From Dictyostelium discoideum (lineage: Eukaryota), in NCBI GenBank assembly GCA_000004695.1, contig CM000150.2, forward strand, positions 3,616,001 through 3,680,000: 64,000 nt of DNA. The letters are read 5' to 3'. The notes beneath the pieces were generated by a model. The model was given only the letters and a program-made list of their open reading frames with translations, did no database searches and had not been told where the DNA came from. Below, piece by piece: positions 55,885 to 64,000 of the stretch. Positions within the stretch are counted from its first letter, which is position 1. Each line of letters opens with the position of its first letter. The position numbers and the translations under genes were made by a program.

Positions 55885-56192
55885 TTACAGATTATATTTA
55901 CCACCAGAATCATTATTCAATATTAATGATTTAGAGAAGAATGAAAAACCAGAATTAGTATTAGATTGTTTAATACAATTATCAGAATATTTCTTACAAA
56001 ATAGAATTCCACCTGGTAATGCTAGTGAAAATGGTAGTAATGAGGATGGTTTCCCTTCTGATGATCTTTCTTATTATGATAATAATGGTAATATTATTAA
56101 TAATAATAATAATAATTATAATAACCATAATAATAATAATAATATTTTTTACAATATTAATAATAATAATCATAATAATAATAATCATAATC

Positions 56193-56243
<51 letters not shown>

Positions 56244-56260
56244 TTAATAATTATAATAAA

Positions 56261-56325
<65 letters not shown>

Positions 56326-56995
56326 TAATTTAAACAATTCATCATCATCAAATTCATCAAATCAATTCATTGATGAAAATGAAAATGAAAAAAATAATTA
56401 TCAATATCAATTTCAATACCTTCAACATCAACAATTCTTATATCAACAACAACAACTTTTAATTGAACAACAACAAAGATTACAACAACAACAACAGCAA
56501 CACCAATTAAAACTAAGACAACAACAACAGCAACAGCAACAACAACAACAACAACAATTACAAGGAGAAGAAGAAGAACAAGATGGTAATCAAGAAAATT
56601 ATGAACAAGATAATGATCAAATTCAAGAAAATTTAGAATATGGAGAAGATGGTGAAATTAATAATGAATCAGAAAATAGAGCTGTACCTTTTAAAAAAGG
56701 AATGAATGGTCATATTTTAGATTGTATATTAGAGGTTAAACATTATGTACTTGTACCATTATTCATATCAGTAGCGGCTGGTTTTGGTATTAAAATGGGT
56801 AGATCAATATTTGTAAATATGGTAGATTTTAATTATTCACTATTTTTTACAAGATCTTATTCTCATGTTTCCACCATCATCACAAATAAACTCGCTCATT
56901 CTCTTTCTTCTTTACCTTCTATCACTTTTAAAGACATTACAAATGTTTTAAATTCATTTATCGATTATACTAAAGATAACCTTTTAAAAAAATAG
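55523..56995 (+). CDS. Calponin-homology (CH) domain protein with a long poly-N/poly-Q middle and a hydrophobic C-terminus
   Basis: Exon 1 is 55523-55758 (donor GTAGGT). Exon 2 is 55891-56995 (acceptor TTTACAG). The CH-like N-terminus is ..IWIEFILGINLGDVNVFDAIRDGRLLCKIMN...LFNINDLEKNEKPELVLDCLIQLSEY. The frame stays open through the (AAT)n tracts to the stop at 56995. Confidence 0.7.
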
Positions 56996-57859
56996 TAAAT
57001 TTAAAAAAATATAAAAATTATAAAAATAATAAAAATAAAAAAAAAAAGATAGAAATTTTTGAATAGAAAAAGTTTTTTTTTATGACTTTGATTTTGTTTT
57101 ATTTATTTTGTTTATTTATCTTTAGTTTTTTTTTTTTTTTTTTCATAAAAAATCCATTTTTTTATAAATTTTATTCTAGTTGTTTTTCAAAACAAAAAAA
57201 AAAAACAATTATAAAAAATGAATGGGAAATAAATTTTTTTTCTTTTTTATTTTGTTTAAAATTTGAATGTTTTTATTAATATTATTAAATCTAATAAGAT
57301 TTTAATTTTATTTAGAAATTTTTTTTTTTTTTTTATTTTCATATTAAAACTAAATAATTAAGTAAAACAAATTAATCTCCATTAGGAGTCTCGGTCATAA
57401 TGATAAGATTTTATATTTTTTTATTTTTAATTTTTTATTTTTATTTTTATTTTTTTTATTTTATAAAATTAACAAACACACAAAAATATGAAAAATAATA
57501 CAATAAAATAAAAACTAGGATAAAATATGATTATTATCATAATTTAAAATATAAAAATTAATAATCATTATGGATATTTTAATAAAAATTAATAATGTAA
57601 AAAAAAAAAAAAAAAAAAATTTAGTTTCAAATAAAAAAAAAAAAAAAAAAATGATTGTAAACAGAATAACATGACGATAATAATTATTTTCGTCCATAGA
57701 AATTCATTTTTGAAATTTTATTAAAAAATTTTTTTTTATTTTTTTTTTATTTTTTATTTTTTTTTTTTTTAAATTTCAATGAGAAAAATCTAATTTTTTT
57801 TTTTTTTCATTTTATTTTACTTACTCCAAAATCATATATATATATAATTAAAAAAAAAA

Positions 57860-58359
57860 ATGACAACCGTATGTAGTAATAATATAACCAACCTTTTTTT
57901 TTAAAAAATATTTAATTATTATTATTATTCAGAATATTATAAAAGAAATAAATGAAAAAATATTAATACTAGAAAATATTTTTTTTTTTTAAATTTATAT
58001 GATTAGTTTGAAGAAGCTGCTCAAAAAGTTAAAGAATTCACCAAGAAACCATCAAATGATGAATTATTAAGCCTTTATGGCTTATATAAGCAAGGAACCG
58101 ATGGTGACTGCAATATTAGCGAGCCATGGGCCGTACAAGTTGAGGCAAAGGCCAAGGCAAGTGTTTTTTTGATATAAATGGAGCAATTCTACTGCAAACT
58201 GAAAACAAGGATTTTCATACTAACTTTCCCTTTTTTTTTATTTTTTATTTTTATAAAATATAGTATAACGCTTGGAATGCTCTCAAAGGTACCTCAAAAG
58301 AAGATGCCAAAGCTAAATACGTTGCTCTCTATGAACAATTAGCCACCAAATACGCTTAA
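57860..58359 (+). CDS. acbA: Acyl-CoA-binding protein AcbA (84 aa), with a 9-nt first exon and an apparent GC-AG second intron
   Basis: Exons: 57860-57868 (ATGACAACC, donor GTATGT), 58007-58156 (acceptor GATTAG; FEEAAQKVKEFTKKPSNDELLSLYGLYKQGTDGDCNISEPWAVQVEAKAK), 58264-58359 (YNAWNALKGTSKEDAKAKYVALYEQLATKYA*). The product matches ACBP family signatures (KQAT.GD...P......KAKW.AW..LKG.SKEDA). The only in-phase junction for intron 2 uses donor GCAAGT at 58157 and acceptor AG at 58262-58263. Confidence 0.85.
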
Positions 58360-58550
58360 GTTATTCTAAATCTATTATAATAGTCTAATTGTTTTTACAA
58401 TTAAAATATAATAAAATAAAAGAATACTTTATTGTTTTTATAAATGTATTTAAAAAAAGACCATTCTATTTTTTTTTTTTTTTAATTATCCCTAAATATT
58501 TAAACAAGACTGGAAATACTGGTGGATATCATATCAATATTAAGTGGCCT

Positions 58551-58760
58551 TTATGGCTTATATAAGCAAGGAACCGATGGTGACTGCAATATTTGTGAAC
58601 CTTTGGGCTGTATAAGTCGAGGCAAAGGCCAAGTGTTTTTTTGATATAAATAGAACAATTCTACTGCAAATAGGATTTCCAAAAATAACTTTACTTTTTT
58701 TATAAAATGGTATAAACCTTGGAATGTCTTCAAAGAATTAGCCACCAACCGCCATATTAT
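58551..58760 (+). pseudogene. Truncated, decayed duplicate of acbA (parts of exon 2, the intron and exon 3)
   Basis: Clear nucleotide homology to 58065-58350 (..ctttatggcttatataagcaaggaaccgatggtgactgcaatat..ggcaaaggccaagtgtttttttgatataaat..cttggaatg..ttagccaccaa..). It has several deletions and no start codon. Confidence 0.6.
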
Positions 58761-59571
58761 TATTATTATTATTATTTTTTATTTATTTTTATTAGTTCAC
58801 AACAAATTGTTTTTATTTTTTTTTCATTTTTTTTAAAAACAATGGCATATGATTTTAAAGAATTTTTTTTTTTTTTTTTTTGAATAATTAATATCTAAAA
58901 AAAAAATAATAACAAATATTATCATATATCCTCTTAATTCTATTTCATTTTCGAAAATAGTCTGAAAAATAATAATAATAATAAATAAATTTTAAATCAT
59001 TTTGAAATTGGTCATTTTTTGATATATAAAAAAAAAAAAAAAAAAAAAAAAAATTAAAAATATTTTCCTTTTTTTATAACTCTATCAAAATAAATTTATA
59101 GTTTTAGCTCGCTCATATTCTATATAAAAATTAAAACATTTGGAATTATAAAAAAAAAAAGAATAACAAAAGAATTTCGCTTTTTTGTAATGTGGCAAAA
59201 AAGGTCGGAAATTTCTGCTTAAATAAAAAATATCTTCTCAACAATTAATGAAAAAAAAAAAAAATTAAACAACCAAAAAAATAAAATAAAAATTATAAAT
59301 ATATAATGAAAAAAATGATATATAGTTTAAAAAAGAACAATAAAATTTGCTTAATAATAGTTTTTGTAAATTTATATATTAAATCATTGTTTGAAAAAAA
59401 AATGAAAAAGAAATGATAAAAAAAAAAAAAAAAAAAAAAATGAAATTTGAAGGATGTTTTTAAAACTGGAAAAAAAAATAAACCAAGATTTAATATTTTC
59501 TAAACTAGTTTAAAAATTTTATTTACAAATATATAGTTAACAATATTGTTTATTTAGTAATGTGATAAAAG

Positions 59572-59949
59572 TTAAACAATGAGTTGATATTTATTTTGTT
59601 TATTCTTTTTATCTTTTGGTATAAATAGAAATGAGATACCACCAACTATAAAAAAGAAAGCAATTGCATTTAATAACCAACCTAAATGTGGTCTATAATA
59701 AGTTGTATCAGTTGAACCAATAAATTCCAATGCACTATTTGCATTATAACCAATACTATCTTGATCATCATTGACACTAGTGCTACTACTACTACTACTA
59801 CTACTTGAACTATTTTGAGGTGTAATTAAACAGTTTCCTAATAAATTACATTCTTTATCGAAATATTGTCTAAATGATAATAGATATAATACAGAACCAA
59901 TATTGAATACTAAACAAATGAAACCAACAACTTTTGATAGAATACACAT
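59572..59949 (-). CDS. Small membrane protein ORF (125 aa, two hydrophobic segments, poly-Ser tract). Upstream coding-like sequence to about 60300 suggests extra 5' exons
   Basis: An ATG ORF. Minus-strand sequence at 59950-60300 is coding-like (..DIPPQQEQQTSKWSTSYLLSLRSYKKSNDYSSTFIKDIGYDKAIDTQDVF..). Confidence 0.4.
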   Translation of the reverse strand: MCILSKVVGFICLVFNIGSVLYLLSFRQYFDKECNLLGNCLITPQNSSSSSSSSSSTSVNDDQDSIGYNANSALEFIGSTDTTYYRPHLGWLLNAIAFFFIVGGISFLFIPKDKKNKQNKYQLIV

Positions 59950-60958
59950 TAAGAATGCATTGTGTTTACTTTTAACTTTTAAATTTATTAATTGTAATAT
60001 TAATATTACAAAATTACAACATAATGATACTATTGAACATGTTAAACATATTAAAAAAACATCTTGGGTATCAATTGCTTTGTCATACCCAATATCCTTT
60101 ATAAATGTTGATGAATAATCATTTGATTTTTTATATGATCTTAAAGATAGTAAATATGATGTTGACCATTTAGATGTTTGTTGTTCTTGCTGTGGTGGTA
60201 TATCAACTGATGATGATTGGTTTCCAATTATATAATTTTCAATTTCAATATTTGTATATCTAAAATAATAAATCTCATTATCTGAAAATTTAATTTTATA
60301 CCAATATGCTAATTTTTTAATTTTTTAATTTTTTATTTTATTTTATTTTATTTTTCCATATTGGAATTAAAACTATTAAAACTTTATTTAATTTTTTAAA
60401 AATTTAATTTTTTTTTTTTTTTTTTTTTATCACATACATTGTAATGAAATTGAAAATAAAATAAAAGAGCCTACAAATAATAATATTGTAATTATATCTT
60501 TTTTTAATTTTTGCATTTTATTTTTTTATTATTTTTTGTTAATTAAAAATTCTTTTTTTTTTTTTTTTTTTTTTTTTAAAATTAAATTTAAAAAAAAAAA
60601 AAAATAAATAAAATAAGAAAAAAATATAAGAATTAATTTAATGAATGGTTTATATTTTTTTTTTTTATTTTATTTTTTTATTTTTTTTTTTTTATTTTTT
60701 TTATTTTTTATTTTAATTTTTATTAAACAATTAAAAATTATACCCCTACAACCACACATACATACACCACTTGATTTCAGTTTTTTTTTAATTATTTTAT
60801 TTTTTTTTCTTTATTTTTTTACCTTTTTTATAAAAAAAATTAATTGGTTGGGGGACACACACTTTTTAGAATAATCTATTTTTAAAACAATTTTTTTATT
60901 TTTTTATTTTTTATTTTATTTATTTTTTTTATTTGTTTTTTAATCTTTTTATTTATTT

Positions 60959-63840
60959 TTACATATCAAAAGTAAATCTTGGTTGAATATTAATAAATGG
61001 AAACATATTTGAAGAAAGAGTTGTATATTTTCTATTATTTGGATATTGTAAAGGATATTTTTTAATTAATTCTAAATAAGTTTCATTGATTGATTGATAA
61101 CGTGATATTAAAGAATGATCATTAATCATTTCTTCAAATCTTTCCTTATTTATATCTTTTCCATATGGTATTGGTAAAATTGAAGATTTTATAAATAAAA
61201 CAACATCATCATTTTTTTGACAAGATACTATTAATGCTAACCCAGAATGATTTGTATGTGAACTAAATTGTAAATCATCATCATCATCATCATCATCACC
61301 ATTACCATCATTACCATTATTATTATTATTACCATTTTCTTGATTTTCTTGATTATTATTAAAATTAAAATTTTCTTTAAAAAATTTTAAATCAAAAGAA
61401 ATTAATTTAAAACCTTTTGAAATATTTTTAAGTATTCTTCTTTGATATCTAATATCGCCATTTAACATCCAACTTTCTTTTGAAAGGAAATCACATCTAT
61501 AATTGATTGATTGGATAGAGTTGAATAGAGTTTGAATATTTTCACCATCAAATATGAAACCATTTGAATGAATATCACAACAAACCAAAATATGATTCTT
61601 ATTAACATACGGTTCTAAATGGAATTTTAAATGTCTAAAAGGATAATGTTTTGATAATACTATTGAACCTGATAAAGTTTTACAAATTGAATATTGGTTC
61701 CATTGATTTGAGAGTTTTAAAAATTTAATAAAATTTTGAATTCTATTAATAATTTCATCTTTTTCTAAACCATAAAAAAATATATCAATTTCAGTATCTT
61801 GAAAATTTGATTTATATTTTTCACCCAATAAACACATTGTTATAAAATTACCAGATATAACTGTATTTGACCAATTGAATCCGTAATTATTTAAAAGTCT
61901 ATAGTTTGATTCTTGATTAAATAATTTTAAAAATTCAATTTTATTAACAATTGATGGTTTTCCAATTGATATATCTTGATCAATCTTACAATCATTACCA
62001 TTACCATTACCATTACCTTGACAATAATAGTTTTGGGAATTCTCTTTTTTAATAATATTAATAATTTGTTCTTTAAATGGCCATTCTTTTAAAATGAATA
62101 AATCTAAATTTTCATAAACATTTATCATAAAATCTTGACTATATTGTAAATTAAAAATATCTTGAGAAATTGATTTTTCATATAAAAATGAAAACCAACT
62201 ATTATGTTGATTTGATGAAATTATCATTTTATCAATTGATGGTAATTTAATTGAAACATTTTTAAAATATTTAATTTCTTGAATTTTATCAACTAATATT
62301 TTTAAACAATAAAATCCATTTGGTGTTTTATCTCTTTTACAATTTTTTATTAAATCTTCAATTAAATCAATTGGTAATTTAATTAAATATTCATTTAAAT
62401 AATTTGAATTACTAAATTAATTAATAAAATGAAATAAAAAAATTAATAAATTAATAAATTATTATTATTTATTTTTTTGATTTTTTTATTTTATATAAAA
62501 TAAATTAAAACTTACATTAACATTAATTCTCTTATTACTGAAAAAATAATATTTTTTAAATTTGGAATTTTATTTTTTAATGGCCAATTATTATCAACTA
62601 TTTTATATTGATATGGATTTAATTTTTTATCTCTTTTTTCTTTTTTTGATAATGGAAATAATTCTAATAATTGTTTTTTTATTTCATCATTTTCATTATT
62701 ATTATTATTATTTGAATTATTATTATTATTATTATTATTATTATTTAAATTATTACTATTATTATTATTTAAATTATTATTTAAATTAAAATTAAAATTT
62801 AAACCAGTTTTATTAAAAAATTTCTTTTTAAAATTATTAATTGAATCTAAAATATCTTGTGAAGAATATTCTATTCTACTTGAAACCATATCATTTTCTT
62901 TTCCTTCAAAACAAATCACTGAATATTTTTCGATTGAATTTGGTTGTGGTATTACTAATTTACAAAATGTTATTTGTTTATTTTTATTTTTTCTAATTAA
63001 ATTTACACTAAATTTAATTTTATTCTCTTCATTATTTTCTTCATTATTATTAATTAATTCATTATTATTATTATCATTATTAATATTTTCATTATTAATA
63101 TTATTATTATTATTATTTAAATTATTATTTAAATTATTATTAAAATTATTTTGATTTAATGATAAAATATTTCTATTAATTAAACAAATTGAATTAAAAT
63201 ACATTTCAAAGTATAGGTTATTTTTTTTAATTAAATTTCTTAAAATTTGAAAAGTTTTAGTTGAACGATCATATTGGGAAACTTTAAATAAATGTGGAAT
63301 ACGATTATTAAATTTACAAAGTGAAGATTTTAAAAATTGTAATGGATAACCCATTGTGATTAAAGAGAATTGTGAATAATTCTCTGAAAGATATTCTAAA
63401 CTACCCTTATCAACACCAACTTTTGGTGAAACTAAACCAAAGAAATTAAATGGTGATTGAATGTATTGTTCATATTCAAATTGAGTTAGAATTGATTTAA
63501 TTTTTTCATTTCTTTCTTTAATTGATTTTTGAGGTTGTTGTAAATATTGATTTGATTGCTTTAAAAGTATTTCAAATACTTGTTTAGCTTTATTATATCT
63601 TTGTTGAACTAATTTCAATTGATTTTTATGTTTTTCATCCATTTCAAATGAAACCACTAAATTATCAACAATAACCCGATGTTTAAAATCACCACCACCA
63701 CTGCAAACACTATTCAATCCTTTTAATTTTTCATTAATTTCATTATCTTCACTTGAATTTGAATTGGTCATAATTATTATAATTTCTTCTTCTTCCTCAT
63801 TATCTTCTGCAAATGAATTTTCAATAAATTCTTGTGACAT
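60959..63840 (-). CDS. Large polyN-rich protein of unknown function, two exons. The frame stays open 5' of the first ATG up to the window edge, so the gene may start outside the window
   Basis: Exon 1 runs from at or before 63840 to 62516 (donor GTAAGT read from plus-strand ACTTAC at 62510-62515). Exon 2 is 62411-60959 (acceptor AATTTAG). The junction keeps the frame: ..SVIREL(ML)|INSNYLNEYLIKLPIDL...KMIISSNQHNSW... This merges track ORFs 62512-63840 and 60959-62227. Confidence 0.6.
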
Positions 63841-64000
63841 TTGAATAATTGGTGATGAAGGTGGTGATGGTGGTATATTTTCAATTTCAAATTGAAGTTC
63901 TTCTTGTTGTTGTTGATTTTTTTGATTTATTGATTTTTCTTTTTTTAAATTATTATTATTATTACTATTAATTCCTAGTTGTTCATTTAAATAATTTTTT

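Overview
The window is about 75% AT and is rich in homopolymer and trinucleotide runs. It has short AT-rich introns bounded by GTAAGT and (T)nAG, and poly-N/poly-Q coding tracts. These features match Dictyostelium discoideum nuclear DNA, so I applied eukaryotic intron-containing gene models. Genes recognised from their translations: (1) a giant 7-exon gene (147-10352, +) for a secreted/membrane protein of about 3100 aa. It has three N-terminal Cys modules, about 20 IPT/TIG repeats, an odd GC-rich Ala/Thr/Val segment and a C-terminal Cys-rich domain. (2) RNase H2 subunit B with a C-terminal PIP box. (3) CAF-1 p60 (CHAF1B) WD40 protein. (4) Two FNIP-repeat genes, one with a B-box. (5) a MOSC/mARC gene. 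(6) Major vault protein. (7) Two tandem paralogous polyQ/N genes with a Myb-like region and a coiled coil. (8) NCBP1/CBP80 in 4 exons. (9) KIN17. (10) Mitochondrial-type histidyl-tRNA synthetase. (11) A CH-domain protein. (12) acbA (acyl-CoA-binding protein) with a 9-nt first exon and an apparent GC-AG intron, plus a nearby acbA pseudogene fragment. Accessory content: a tRNA-Thr(AGU) gene on the minus strand with a T5 terminator; immediately downstream of it, a composite and degenerate tRNA-gene-targeted non-LTR retrotransposon (TRE-like) with three poly(A) tracts and palindromic hairpin repeats; a degenerate P-loop ORF region carrying perfect inverted repeats; a cluster of four copies (two intact, two disrupted) of a tiny Gly/Cys-rich protein family arranged as head-to-head inverted pairs; and two GC-rich, strongly structured islands that are candidate ncRNAs. 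Coordinates of exon junctions were derived by hand and may be off by a few nt.
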